DNA of 61,835 bases from Gekko japonicus (Eukaryota), in assembly GCF_001447785.1 (NCBI RefSeq), contig NW_015175991.1, positions 315,028-376,862 on the forward strand, written 5' to 3'. The notes under the pieces are model-generated. The model did no database searches and had not been told where the DNA came from. It saw nothing but the letters and a program-made list of their open reading frames with translations. Positions 1-12,107 of this stretch are shown here, in pieces. Numbering within the stretch: position 1 is the stretch's first letter; each line of letters opens with the position of its first letter. The translations under genes and the position numbers were made by a program.

Positions 1-178
1 TTCGGTGGGAAGGTAACAGCGTTCCGTGCACCTTGGTGTTTAGTCATGCCGGCCACATGACCACGGAAACGTCTTCAGACAGCGCTGGCTCTTCGGCTTT
101 GAAACGGAGATGAGCACCGCAACCCTAGAGTCGGATTCGACTGGCTTTCGAGCAAGGGAACCTTTACCTTTACCTTTA
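1..178 (+). mobile_element. Sauria SINE, 3' half (cut by window start)
   Basis: (ACCTTT)n tail and BovB-like GAGTCGGATTCGACT 3' motif; about 5 differences from the full copy at 30643-30997. Confidence 0.9.
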
Positions 179-444
179 ACAACAGGGACTTAGTCTTTAG
201 TATGTGCACAAAAGATTGCAGTGGGTGATTTTTAAAAAGCTATGGAGTCTTCGGATCCCTCTGGAATCGAAAGAAGAGGCGATTATAATTTCAGTGAAAA
301 TAAAAAATGAGTCTTGTGGCACTAACAGGTTTATGGTGTCATAAGCACTGGTGGACCAGAGACCACGTTATCAGATGAAGTTCGAGGAGCAACTCATCCA
401 CTCCAAAGCAGCCCTAAAGAATTCAGTTGCACTTCAATATCACT

Positions 445-483
445 TGTTGTTGTTCAGTCGCACAGTCGAGTCCGACTCTTCGC
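445..483 (-). mobile_element. Extremely 5'-truncated BovB LINE (3' tip only)
   Basis: Minus strand GCGAAGAGTCGGACTCGACTGTGCGACTGAACAACAACA matches the end of the BovB copy at 53200-53580; TCACT on both sides (440-444, 484-488). Confidence 0.8.
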
Positions 484-519
484 TCACTAGTACACAGTAA
501 ATGGATAGCAGATAACATC

Positions 520-1465
520 TGTACACGAGTCATCCCACACTGCGCGTCATAGCAGCAAGAGGAAGGCGGAGCTTGGACAAAGAGGCGAAAGCATCGGGTG
601 ATTCTGTCGTGCGTGCCTCCGTGTTTTGTCTTTGTAGCATGAAATGCTAAACAATTCCGGTTGTCAGTTGAACGCGCCGGGCAGCCCATTAAAAAAAAAT
701 TGGAACAAGTGTTTTGTGGCATCTTGAAGACTAACTACATTTTATTTCAGCTACAGCTGTCGTGTGTTAGACCTCACTTCATCAACTTATGAAATTAATA
801 GGAGAAGTATACGAAGAAACAGAGGTGCACTATACTGACAGAGCCGCTATGCCTTACGCGCCTGCCACGCATAAGGCGACAGTCAAATGGGTGCCGCAGG
901 TGAAGTCAGTATCTCAGCGTTCTCCTGCCTCTGAGTGATTCGGGCTAGACTCTCAGATTTGTTTTTAGAAGTACCCGCCTCGGTTACATCTCTATGATTT
1001 GGCCTAGCGGGGCCTCCAGAATTTCCGGTGGCTGTATGCGTCATATCCGGACGATTCTGAGATGCCGGTAAGAAAAGATTTCACCGGGAAAGGCAGAAAA
1101 ACGAGGGAGCTTATCCTTCTCATTCCCGCTCGGGCAGTGAAGGGAAGGTGTTGCGGCGCGGGGGTTGGTCTCATAGCTCCGCCCGTCTCCTGTAGTCCCT
1201 GTGTCCAGTCCATAGGAGGAGGCTCCGCTCTCCTTGTCGTGGGAGTGGCCTGGCTTTTGCCGTGGCCTTGTCGTAGAGCAGTCGATATGGAGCAGGACGC
1301 TATTCACCCCTGCAGGCCTCTTGTCCAGACGAGTTTGCCTGCCTGTCTCCTGCTGCTGCTGGTGTAGTTCATTCTGTTCCTGGGGTCAGCATATAAAGCC
1401 GATTGCCTGCCCTTCGGCTGGCCTGCTTGCTTAGCCAGTGGAGCTTCGCTGCTTGTCTAGGAAGG
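520..1465 (+). promoter_or_regulatory. ZNF410: CpG-rich promoter and probable non-coding exon 1 of ZNF410
   Basis: CpG enrichment against CpG-poor flanks; TTCCGG ETS-type motif ~1023, CCGCCC GC box ~1179; candidate donor AGG|GTGGGT at 1465/1466; TSS not determinable. Confidence 0.6.
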
Positions 1466-1831
1466 GTGGGTGGGTGGCTGATTTCATCTCTCCCCCCTCC
1501 CCAAGTCTGGACTAACTACGGCTTTTGCAGCAGTTGCTTTGGACACTGAAGTCGCTGAAGTGTCTTCCTTTAAATATAAGTAGACCTGCAGAGCAGGTTA
1601 GTGTTGATGTCCTTGTTTGTCCTCCATTTAGACAGTGGCCTGGATCCTGTCACTTCACTGTGAAGTCTGAAGACTTTCTCCGGCCTATGGTAGGATACTG
1701 CCTACGGTCCTCAAAGTGCATAATTTTGTAGTTTATATAAGTCAAACGGTAGATTTCTGACTTAAATCTAAATGTTGATGGTGAGAGTGATAGGAGAGGC
1801 AGTGGTACCAATGAGGAACATAAAAGTTGGA

Positions 1832-2048
1832 CCAGAACCAATGGATTGAAATTAAATAAAAAGACCTTTTAGCTAAACATTAGGAAGAACTTCCTGGCAA
1901 AGTGGTTCCTCAGTGGAAAAGGCTTCCTCTGGGCATAGAGTAGGGGTCACTGGGGGACTGTGGGGGAGGTAGCTTTGAATTTCCTGCATTGTGCAAGGGG
2001 TTGGACTAGATGATCCTTGCGGTCCTTTCCATCTCTGTGTTTCTATGA
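1832..2048 (+). mobile_element. CR1 LINE 3' end
   Basis: CATTAGGAAGAACTTCCT...AGGGGTTGGACTAGATGATCCTT...TTCTATGA, typical sauropsid CR1 3' terminus. Confidence 0.75.
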
Positions 2049-2139
2049 GGAAATGCAGTTACATGGAAACTTCCTTTCACTTGGAGATTGGAATTAAAAG
2101 TTATGCTTATGCAAGTAGGAACTGAAAAATAATATGTAT

Positions 2140-2895
2140 ATGTTGTCGAAGGCTTTCGTGGCTGGAGTTCATTAGTTGTTGTAGATTTTCTGGGCTGTAT
2201 GGCCGTGGTCTTGGCATTGTAGGACCTGACGTTTCACCAGCAGCTGTGACTGGCATCCTCAGAGGAATAACACAGAAAGATGGAGAAGAAAAATGGTAGG
2301 CAGGTAATTTATATCTACTCAGGAAGGTGAGGTAGGGCTGAGTCATCTTGTAGGAGTTCCCCAGGCTGCGACATGCTAATGGAGGAACTTTCCTGAGGAG
2401 GTTCTTTTGCATATGGATTGGCTGTTGAAATTCTAATCTTACCTGTAATGCTATTGTAAGACGTGGAGCATTTTGTGTTTTTCAGGAAACCATGCCCTTT
2501 TTTCCTCTCTTCTTGCCTGTTAAAATTGTGTTTATGTTTATGAATTTCAATGGCTTCCCTGTGTAATCTGACATGGTAATTGGATGTGTTGCCCAGCCTT
2601 TCGGTGTTTTGGAATAAGATACTGCCTGTTTGAGTTAGGCTATGTTCAGCCACTACTGATTTTTCAGGTTAGCCCGGTCTGCAGTGTCTTTCATGTCCTT
2701 TTATTCTGGTCTGCAGTGTCTTTCATGTCCTTTTACGCTGTGTGGTCCTGATGTAAACCTGTCCAAAACTGCAGGGTATGTGGTATACTCCTGCAGAAGT
2801 GAGAGGGTTTCTTCTGTCTTTTGCCAATCGTGGCATCTGTTATATTTTTTTCTGGTGGGCCTGAATACTGTTTGTAGGTTGTGTTTTTTCATCGG
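2140..2895 (-). mobile_element. Penelope-like element 3' fragment (degenerate GIY-YIG endonuclease and pLTR)
   Basis: Minus-strand peptides GVYHIPCS..QVYI..T, HERHCR, AEHSL, RLHREAIEIHKHKHNFNRQEE; internal ~31-bp tandem duplication at 2677-2734. Confidence 0.88.
2225..2265 (-). ncRNA. Minimal type I hammerhead ribozyme motif in Penelope pLTR
   Basis: Minus strand CCT-CTGAGGA-T-GCCAG-tcacagctg-CTGGT-GAAA-C-GTC-AGG: CUGANGA and GAAA boxes, stem II, GUC triplet, CCU/AGG stem I. Confidence 0.8.
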
Positions 2896-2910
2896 CAAAA
2901 GACAGAAGAG

Positions 2911-3086
2911 ACCCCTTCCTCTCCCCACAACAGACACCTTGTGAGGTAGGTGGGACTGAGAGACTTCTGAGAAAACAGTAACTGGCCCAAGGTCACCCAG
3001 CAGGCTTAATGAGGAGGAGTGGGAGTCAAATGGAGTGATCCAGATTAGTATCCACCATTCTTAGCCTTTGTACTATGCTGGCTCTC
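2911..3086 (-). mobile_element. Squam3-like tRNA-derived SINE (partial)
   Basis: Reverse complement of the SINE at 46955-47220. Confidence 0.75.
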
Positions 3087-3358
3087 AAGAGGACAGTGGG
3101 AGGGAGGACAGTGACAACAGAGAATTCAGGTTAAACCACTGTATTGGGCATTGTATTTTGTGAGTTTAATATCTAGTCACTTTCATTTCTGTTCTCCTTC
3201 AGATTAAATGGAATAGCTCTCTACTACAGCTTCTCCCAAGAAGATCCTCACAGAATTGTGGGACTGAAATATGCGCATAATCATAGAACAGAGTTCACTT
3301 TGAACTTTAAGCTTTGTGCCTTACCCAGGTCTGCTTTGGAAATCGGAAACTTGAATCA

Positions 3359-3391
3359 ATGTTATCGGATGAGTTAGAGTCTAAACCAGAG
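3359..3391 (+). CDS. ZNF410: ZNF410 coding exon 1 (MLSDELESKPE); exon probably starts at 3203
   Basis: Matches the ZNF410 N-terminus as recalled; donor GTAGGT at 3392; acceptor TTCAG ends at 3202. Confidence 0.95.
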
Positions 3392-4574
3392 GTAGGTAAT
3401 GGCTTGATGCATTTGTTTTGTTTATCAGTCTGTGCTGTAAATATTATCATTTGTGCAGTTAGCATATGGCTGTCACAAACAAGTAACTTTTTCATTAAGT
3501 CTCCGAAGTTACTCAACTGGCCTGCAACCAGGAGTTCTCCTTTTCAAAACCCACCACCTGTACCTGTAGGTTACTCTTAGAATTAAAGCTCTTGATAGTT
3601 GCCTGCTGTAGGGTTTCCTAGATCCTGTGACATCAGAGCAGCTAAGCTCACAGAAACCAGAAGCATTGTGATGCTCTTGGAGACGCTTGCAGCATGAAGA
3701 CTGATGAAATATAACACCTTAATTTTTACTTACTCTTTGAGACCTGTAGAAGCATTCTTCCACAAGCTCCAAAGGGTATCAAGGAAGCACACATCAGAAT
3801 TTCCAGAAAGTTTAGAGGTAACAGAATTCAAAGTTAATGAGATTAAATTCCTGGGTCTGGACAAGTCTGATGCATATACTTATTTCCAGTTTAATATCTG
3901 TTTTTCATTTATTTGGCTTCTGCTCACACTGAATGCTTCCCATTATGTACTTTCATTTGGAGATCCATTTTTACCTAGTGTGTACTATTGCATATTGGCT
4001 AGCCAGGCTGCCAAGATGGCAGACAGCCCAGCGTACCATTGGATGTACAAAGGTCCTAGCAAGTGATTTTTATCCCTGTATTAAAATCCAAACAGAAAGT
4101 AAAGTGGTAAAAGCTATCAGAAGGCTACAACATGTTCCTCAAAATTAAACAAATACTGATTTTATTGCCAAATGCATCTCAAAGGAAGACAGCTTTCCTG
4201 GCTTGGCTAATGATTGGATATGGCCATTATTAATTAGTATCTGCTAGGAGGACAAGTGCCCATCCATAGTGTGTTCACTTTGAGCTGCATGCACACTCTG
4301 TATCTATTTCTAAGGGCTATCAGCTGGTGAAGCTCTTTAAAAGATGTAAAAGTGATGGTCTAGTAGCCTCTGAAACTTAACTTTTTTAAAGTGATAGCAC
4401 AAATATGATTACTTATTGTGAAACTACCATACATATGGTGCAATGTCTCCTGGATGCTGCTGTACGTATAAGTCCATAAAATAATCTAATCTAAAGTCCG
4501 TGAGAAGACTACTGTCCTAAGTGATGCATTTGGATTGTGTTTTATACTTTACTTTACAGCTCAATATATATATT

Positions 4575-4985
4575 ACTAGGGATGGACATGGTCCAGAAAA
4601 AGGATGGTCCATGGAGTTTACGGACCCCCGGGCCACGAACTTCCATGTTAACGGACCAGACCGTGGTCCGTTTGGACCGTGCCACTTAAATTTTAAATGG
4701 CTTTTGAAAAGCCACCAGGTGTACGAGTGACGGCTGAGTGGTGAGTTCATGCACTTCTGGGTGGGTGAAGTTGCCACTTGGTGCGGCTTTGCGAAACCTG
4801 TCCAGCATGCAAGTGAAGGCCAAGTGGGTGAACTCACCACTCGGCCTTCACTCACGCACTGTGCGTTTTGCAAAGCTCTCTTGCATGAGTGAAGGTTGAG
4901 CAGTGAGTTTACCCACCTGGAAATGGGTGAACTCACCACTTGGCTTTCACTCTTACGATGCACAGCTTTGCAAAAACCATTGAAA
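4575..4985. repeat. Probable non-autonomous DNA element with internal repeats
   Basis: Starts CTAGGGATGGACA; CpG-rich; GGGTGAACTCACCACT recurs at ~4826 and ~4925 with inverted copies; family not identified. Confidence 0.45.
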
Positions 4986-5361
4986 GGATCTCTCAGATCT
5001 CAGCACTCTTAACCACTATACCACACTGCCGCTCTAGCCATCTCCCTTCTCTTTTCATCACTTGCAGACCTTCCGTAAACCAAAGGGCTTCCTGGGCTCT
5101 AACACCTGAGAGGGCACCTGGGAGCAATCATAACAACTGCTTGGGTCATTTCCTCATCAACATTTTGGTTGATTTCTGACAGAAAACTGTCTCAAAGACT
5201 AGTTCCAAGTCTTCTTTATCTAGAACCTCTTGCAGTTAAGGCAAAAAAATTAATACTTGAAGTTCTTGAAGTTGTGGAAGGAGTGGGAGAGAACTGACAA
5301 AATGGCTATGCAGCAGCTCTAGTTATCTGCTATTGACTTAAAACATTTGCTTATTTTCCAG

Positions 5362-5497
5362 CTGCTGGTTCAGTTTGTTCAGAACACATCTATTCCACTA
5401 GGACAAGGGCTTGTGGAACCGGAACATAAAAATATTACCTGTCTCTCTCTCCTTCCAGTTACTGAATCCCCAGAATGCAACAGGTTAATGTTGCCAG
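5362..5497 (+). CDS. ZNF410: ZNF410 coding exon 2 (LLVQFVQNTSIPLGQGLVE...RLMLP)
   Basis: AG/GT boundaries, 136 nt, phase 0 to 1. Confidence 0.95.
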
Positions 5498-5804
5498 GTA
5501 AAATTTTAAGCTGCTAATTTTAGGAAAGCTCTTGAGATTAATAGGCATGAGACAGTGTTTAAGATTGCCAATGTTACAATATTGCAATATTGCTGAAGTG
5601 TTAGTTTTAGATATAGAATATTCATTCTCTATTTTATAGTGCTGTTAAACGGCAGCTATCCTTAGATGTCGTGAGATACAAATCTAATAGAGAATTCTCT
5701 ATCGAATAAAGCTAACAGCTTCTTACAGTATTCATTTTCTGTAATGTTTAAATGAGCTGGATGGTCTCTCAAATATTAAAGAAGCGTTTGATTCTCTTCA
5801 TTAG

Positions 5805-6023
5805 ATGACTCTCCAGGTCATGCTAGCCCTTCAAAGGATGTTTCCTCTTCTGCTGTCTTGCGAAGTCTCCAGGTGAATGTTGGCCCTGATGGTGAGGAGA
5901 CAAGGGCAGAAACTGTGCAGAAACCATCTGAGCTTCTGCCAAGTCCCGACACTTCTAGTTTATTGCAAGACCTCCAACCTAGTGATAGCACTTCCTTTAT
6001 CCTCCTCAATTTAACGCGAACAG
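5805..6023 (+). CDS. ZNF410: ZNF410 coding exon 3 (DDSPG...SFILLNLTRT)
   Basis: AG/GT boundaries, 219 nt, overlaps ORF 5858..6055. Confidence 0.95.
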
Positions 6024-6256
6024 GTAACTTTTATTCAACTGCAGCATCTAATTAGATTCTTAAAATGGCAAGAGATGCCTGTCCATGTGAGTTCACGATG
6101 ATCTGTTTTCAAAAGCACAGAAAGTTGATCACTGCTGATTTCAAGCAGGGGTTGTGTAACAGCTCTTTCCAGTCCAGTGGCTGGAAGTGTTATTGCAGAT
6201 GTTGTAAGAGGCAACCGTTCTCTCTTCTCAGTGTGATGAAACTGCTTCTCTTCTAG

Positions 6257-6448
6257 GCATTGGCTCACCATCAGAGCACTTGGTGTTTGTCCAAGATGAA
6301 GCAGAGGATTCTGGGAATGACTTCTTCTCCAATGATAGCACAGACAGCAGTACCCCATGGTTTTTACGAGTGCAGGAACTGGCCCATGACAGTTTGATTG
6401 CTGCCACTCGAGCCCAGCTCGCCAAGAATGCCAAAGCAAGCAATAATG
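6257..6448 (+). CDS. ZNF410: ZNF410 coding exon 4 (GIGSPSEHLVFVQDE...PWFLRVQELAHDSLIAATRAQLAK)
   Basis: AG/GT boundaries, 192 nt, characteristic ZNF410 block. Confidence 0.96.
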
Positions 6449-8011
6449 GTAAGGAGGCTTCTGCTTTCAAGGCAGCACATCACTTTCATCAGTTAAAATT
6501 TTCAGGAGATCTTATATGCCTTTTGTACATAAAGATTTTTTCATCTCTTGAGATTGAGGAGAAATAACCTTATTCTGACTATATCTTGCTGATACGATTT
6601 AATAAAGTCACTTCAGTTGCAAGGAGCTACTAACCCTCTGACATTCTGTCAGTTTATGCTGAGCTGAGGACCAACATAAAGCAAGTGTCCACTAACTACT
6701 TATACCTAGACGCAGTCCACTTGTTTGGTTGTGCAGTCTTTCCATCTGGCTTAGTAACAAAAGCAGATACTGCTTCAGGTGACCTCTTGCCCGTAATGGC
6801 TCCTGAGCTCTGTCAAGCCCTGAGGCTTTGCAGTATATGCCTGCTGCTCACAGTCAAAGCAGATGCAATAGCATGTGGTCAGGCTGCAAATAGGTTTGTG
6901 GGGAGAAATGGAGTATCATGGGTTTGCAGCTCATGCCTGGGAGTTGTTTGGACTGCTTTGCCTGGTAGTTGCTGCTGGACTGTGTAGCTCACTTAAAGCC
7001 GGAGAAGCTCAGCAATTGCTGGTGCTAAGGTCTCTGATAGCATGGTGGGAAATTACATGTACGTAGCACACTGATATTACAGACTGCCTTCTCCACAGTA
7101 CGAATACAAGCAAGTTTAATCCTCTGAGTGAGCGGACCAATCAGGCAGTCCTTGAAGTAGTGCTGAGCCAACATGTGTGTCATGTCTTTTGCACTTGTTT
7201 GCTGAAGGATGTGAAACTGTTCACAAGGGAGTGGGTTTTTGGGGAGGGAAGAGGCAATGTATCCCCATTGATTAAGTAATTGGGCTGGCGTTCCACCTTG
7301 ATCCAGTTGGATGTGGTTAGCTAGTTGAGGCAGAATGTGCATTTGTAGTGCATTGAAAATAGTGTTGTGCAGACATTCTTAATTGTATTGTATTCCTTTC
7401 AAAGGAATGTGTGTCTGGTTACTCATCCTTGTCTGGTTCCAGTTAGTCATGCTAACTCCATACAACTAGAGCTGAAGAAGGATGAAATTCTTGCTATGCA
7501 GTGTTGGTAGGCATTGAAACGACCAGCATAGTGCCACAGGAAGGGAATAGCAGCTTAATTGCTTAGATGTGCTTTCCCTTCCCACCCCTGATACAGGAGG
7601 ACAATGAGAGATGTTTGCTGGTCATCAGTGATGATGGCATCATGATCACTGAGGGTCCCTGATTAGCAGATGATGTGTCATAAAGAAGCCCTTTCGTGTA
7701 CATAAACAATGGCATCCAAGGGGCGTAGATAAGAGGAACAAGAACTTTGAAACCATGGGAAAGGCAAAGGATTTTTATGAATACATCTGGCCCCATTTCC
7801 AAAACAGAACTTCCACATTGAGAAGTGAACCTCATGAAAATTCAGCACAGCACTAACAAAGTATAGAGGAGATCAGCGTCTGCTGTATAGGGCTGGTTAT
7901 ATGCAATACTCAAATGTCCAGTTTATAGGTTTTTATCTTATTAAGTTGTTTTCTGCTGCTAGGCGTCTGTCACCTCTGCACCTACTTTTTTCTTTTCCAC
8001 CCCCATTCCAG

Positions 8012-8171
8012 GTGAAAATGTTCACGTTTGCTCAGGAGACCCCCAACTGAAAGAATCCAGTCCTATCCCTCACCTGCCCCGTGTGGAGAAACAACTGAAG
8101 TGCACAGTCGAGGGCTGTGACAGGACATTTGTGTGGCCGGCCCACTTCAGATATCACCTAAAAACCCACAG
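8012..8171 (+). CDS. ZNF410: ZNF410 coding exon 5 (C2H2 finger 1)
   Basis: CTVEGCDRTFVWPAHFRYHLKTH; 160 nt, phase 1 to 2. Confidence 0.96.
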
Positions 8172-8861
8172 GTGTATAGACTTGCTATTGCTGTGACTTT
8201 GCAGAGCTCTGCAGACTGTATAGGTATTTATGCAGTACATTATTGGTTCCCACTCTGGAACACTTCAGCGTTCAAATACAAGGAATAAATAACAAAATGA
8301 CCTCTCCCCCTTCTTGTTTGAATTCAAGGCTTGACTAGAGTGTCTCTATATCATGTGAGCCTTTACAGCATCTTTTAATTCTGTTTTGTCTTGGTTAAAA
8401 TTACATTGACTTCATTCACTATGTATAATAGTTTAGATGGGATCCAGTGATAACATTATAATAGTGCTGGCTTTAGATGGCTACACCAGCCAACATGATC
8501 ACTAAATTGCTGCTTGGCTGATGGGTAATTCATACTCCCTTGTTTTGTGTATATCGTTATGTGTTGCCTTTACATTTTCATTATGGTAGAACTCATTTCC
8601 AGTTATGAGATGTTAAAGCCATCTCTAACAAAAGATGTTGAAATATAACCTCAGTCTAAATCAATTCACATTAAAACAAATCAGGCTAAAGTTTTGACCA
8701 TGTCGATTTGCTGCTCTTTGGTCTTCTCCCTGCTACCATTTCTACTTGCGATTACACCCCCCCCCCCAAGTTTGCATTACAGAAAGCTCTTACTTAACAA
8801 AGGACAGCATGCTTCTACCAATGTTTGTAATGCTGGCATGAAACCTATTTTGAGTTCCCAG

Positions 8862-9043
8862 GAATGACCGTTCCTTTATTTGTCCTGCAAAAGATTGTGG
8901 GAAAAGTTTCTATGTACTGCAGAGGTTGAAGGTGCATATGAGAACGCACAATGGCGAGAAGCCATTCGTCTGTACTGAGCTAGGCTGTGGGAAACAGTTC
9001 ACAACAGCTGGGAATCTGAAGAACCATCTGAGGATTCACACTG
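8862..9043 (+). CDS. ZNF410: ZNF410 coding exon 6 (C2H2 fingers 2-3)
   Basis: [53 protein letters not shown]; 182 nt. Confidence 0.96.
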
Positions 9044-9400
9044 GTGTGTACTCCTGTTTTGTTTAATCGTACCACTACAGCTGTATACCACAGATCTGCA
9101 ATGAATTTGTGTGTGTATATATATAAAGATATATATCTCCTATACATTCTTAGCTGCAAAACTTGAGGTGGTTTACAAATATCTGCATTCAAACCAATGG
9201 CAGTAAGATCATCAGCAGGGCTTCTTAAGTCTGTCTCAACTGATGGGCAGATTTATGTGGGAGAAGACTGTCCTTCAGGTCAGAGACCATATTAAGCTTA
9301 TGAGGCAATAGGTAGCATTTTAAATTGCACTTGGAAGTAACCTAGGAGCCATTGCAACTGTGTTAAAACTAGTAAAACAACCCTGTTTGTTGCAATCCAG

Positions 9401-9490
9401 GGGAAAAACCCTTCTTGTGTGATGCTCAGGGGTGTGGTCGTTCCTTTGCTGAATACTCCAGCCTTCGGAAACACCTGGTTGTCCACTCAG
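9401..9490 (+). CDS. ZNF410: ZNF410 coding exon 7 (C2H2 finger 4)
   Basis: GEKPFLCDAQGCGRSFAEYSSLRKHLVVHS; 90 nt. Confidence 0.96.
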
Positions 9491-9639
9491 GTACGGATCA
9501 TGTCATAATGCCTGTCTTAGAGATGACTAAATGTACCTTGCTTTTTTTGCTTTGCTCATTTGCCTTCTTGCCTTCTTAAGACTCCATTCTGATGTGGGCC
9601 AACAACTTCTCCTCAGTGCATAAGACTGTGGGCCAAATT

Positions 9640-10525
9640 TATTTATATTATTTATAGCCTGACTTTCTCACTGAGACTCACGGCAGATAATGTAAGTCAA
9701 TGCAATCAATAGGGTGAAACATCTAACAGGCAATGTAGTATGGCTAGGACTGTAGAAATCTGAAGCAAAGCATTAATATTTAACAAGACATGTTAAACAC
9801 TACAGAAAATGCAGTGAGCCAGATAATCCACATAGCAACAGATATATACTGTACATGATAGTATAGTCCATAGTTTCCTTTTCTTAAAGCATCTTGCTAA
9901 ATCTTTCTGTAATAATAAATCTAGCCCTCTTGCCTTTATAAAAGTGCCCTCTTGAATATTCTGTTTTATATAGTTTGCAGAATGTCAGAAGTGTGGGAAC
10001 CTTCCTGACCTATTCAGGCAGGTTATTCCATGAGGTGGGAGGTGCTACAAAGAATGCACATGTATGGGCAGTTATTGATCTTGTCCATTTGCAAAAAGGC
10101 ACCCTGCTCAGATATGTGAAGCATGATGGAGCATAGTGGGAGAGGTGGTCCTGGCGATATGAGGATCCAAAGCCATAAAAGGCTTTGTATGAAACAGCCA
10201 GCACCCTGAATTGAACCTGGGGACCAATGGACAGCTAATGGAGAAACTGCAGAATGTGCATAATATACATGATCTCCCTAGCTCCTGATAATAACTGAGC
10301 TCTGGCGTTCTGCATCAGCTGTAGTACCCAAGTGTAGACTAATGTACACACTAGTCTAGTCTCAATGTTTCTGTGGCATGGTTTCAGGTGACCAGATCGA
10401 CCAAGTCAAGTTAGTGAGCCATCTTCCTGGGTAAACTAAGTTGGAAGAAAGCATTTTTCACAGCTGCATTAACTTGCTTCTCCACAGGTAATGCTAGTTC
10501 CAGTATAACCCTAAGCTCTTAACCA
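9640..10525 (-). mobile_element. L2 LINE 3' fragment
   Basis: Minus peptide LAVSYKAFYGFGSSYRQDHL...AFFVAPPTSWNNLPE (L2 ORF2 C-terminus) and (TAAA)-type tail. Confidence 0.75.
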
Positions 10526-10728
10526 AGCCAGGAAGGGTCCACTGACCTTTATAGGTCAGACTCAGGACTTATTGGACAGAGACTCCACATTGCTTATATT
10601 TGCTGGCAGCTTGGTAAAATGTTTCTAGTGCTAAACCACTCAACCAGTCTTTGTAGATGAGAAAAGAGTTCTTCGTAGAAAATGAATGCTTCACATTTAG
10701 TAGTCCTTTTTACTTTCTTTTTTTTAAG

Positions 10729-10863
10729 GAATAAAGCCCCACCAATGCCAAATCTGTGGGAAGACATTTTCTCAGAGTGGTAGTAGGAATGTTCACATGA
10801 AGAAACATCATTCTAGAGCTGGAACAGTTAGCAACATTAGCAACACACAGCATGAACCTACAG
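10729..10863 (+). CDS. ZNF410: ZNF410 coding exon 8 (C2H2 finger 5)
   Basis: GIKPHQCQICGKTFSQSGSRNVHMKKHH...; 135 nt, AG/GT. Confidence 0.95.
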
Positions 10864-11502
10864 GTAGGGACTGAATAGACTTGGAAAGACAGCCTGATCT
10901 TCAATAGGCTATTAGGATAAGTTGGTGATGGAAACAACTCTTGCTAAGAGGATGTGAAAACAATTCTATGAAGAACCTCTGTGGGTGAAAATGTAAAGTA
11001 TGAGAAGAGTGTTTGACCAATAAGTGATGAAGATACCTTGGTTTTGAAAAACCATTATAAATTTGATCTGAGGCACAGTCTTTTCCTTACCCAGAGGAGA
11101 GGGGATTGTATGTGAGTATAATTTTGTGTACCACCTCCTAATCATAAAGTCCTTTTGTCCTGTAAACTGCCTCAAGAAGTAGGTTAATAGCCAGTAACTC
11201 CTTTTAATGCCACCCATCTTGTTCCCTTCTCATCAGATCTCAGGAATACCATTTGGCCTACCAGCACCCACAACTTCATGCTGAAAACAGAGGTCCCACA
11301 AGGGCATTAAAATGGGTTGGATCCTACTAGGTTTTTTTTCTGTCCACTGTGGTCATATAATTTCCACCATAGCCCTTTCCAGTGCTCTAAAGGGGCCCCA
11401 CCTCCCCCTTTCATCAGTAGAAAAGTTAGTGGAATACGGCCTAGTGAATGAGAGAACAATTCTCTGTATAGCTATGATTTCTGTGGTATACAGAAATCCC
11501 TT

Positions 11503-12030
11503 TCTTATTTATGTTATTGCATTTCTATTCAGCCCCTCCCCCGCAAGCAGGCTCAGGGTGGGTTACAATCAAATAAAACCAATTAAAATACAATGCAATA
11601 GTCTAATGTAAAATCTAATAACAACTTCCAAGATGGTGATCAATCAACAAAGTTCTCAGATGAGCCTGTATGTACACACAGATGGAACAGAGAGTTGGGC
11701 AAGTGGGCATTAAACACCACTAGTAGTATATCTACATGCAGTTAGAAAGACCAAGGTGGATCAGGGGAGGCTAATGTAAATGGACACCCATCATCTCCAC
11801 CAAAGGCCCGGTGGAACAGCTCCATTTTACAGGCCCTTGTAGAACTGTAATAAGTTCTGCAGAGCCCTGATCTCACCTGGAAGAGTGTTCCACCATGCCA
11901 GGGCCAGAGCTGAAAAGGCCCTGGCCCTAGTCAAGGCTAAGCAGATGTCTTTGGGGCCGGGGACCACCAGAAGATGGTGTTCCAAAGAGTGCAAGGCTCT
12001 CCAGGGAACATATGGGGAGAGCTGGTTCTT
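11503..12030 (-). mobile_element. L2 LINE 3' fragment
   Basis: L2-type 3' stem-loop and tail at 11503-11568; AGGGCCTTTTCAGCT...TGGTGGAAC ORF2 end on minus strand. Confidence 0.7.
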
Positions 12031-12107
12031 TGTGGTGGAATATACTGAAGGAGTGCTGCAGACTGGAGTAGCTACTCAACTTCTAGCAATGTTGTGTTTT
12101 GCCACAG

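Noticed and set aside
1004-1434. Several ORFs in the ZNF410 promoter region
   Set aside because: Expected by chance in CpG-rich DNA; no homology recognised; the ZNF410 start is at 3359
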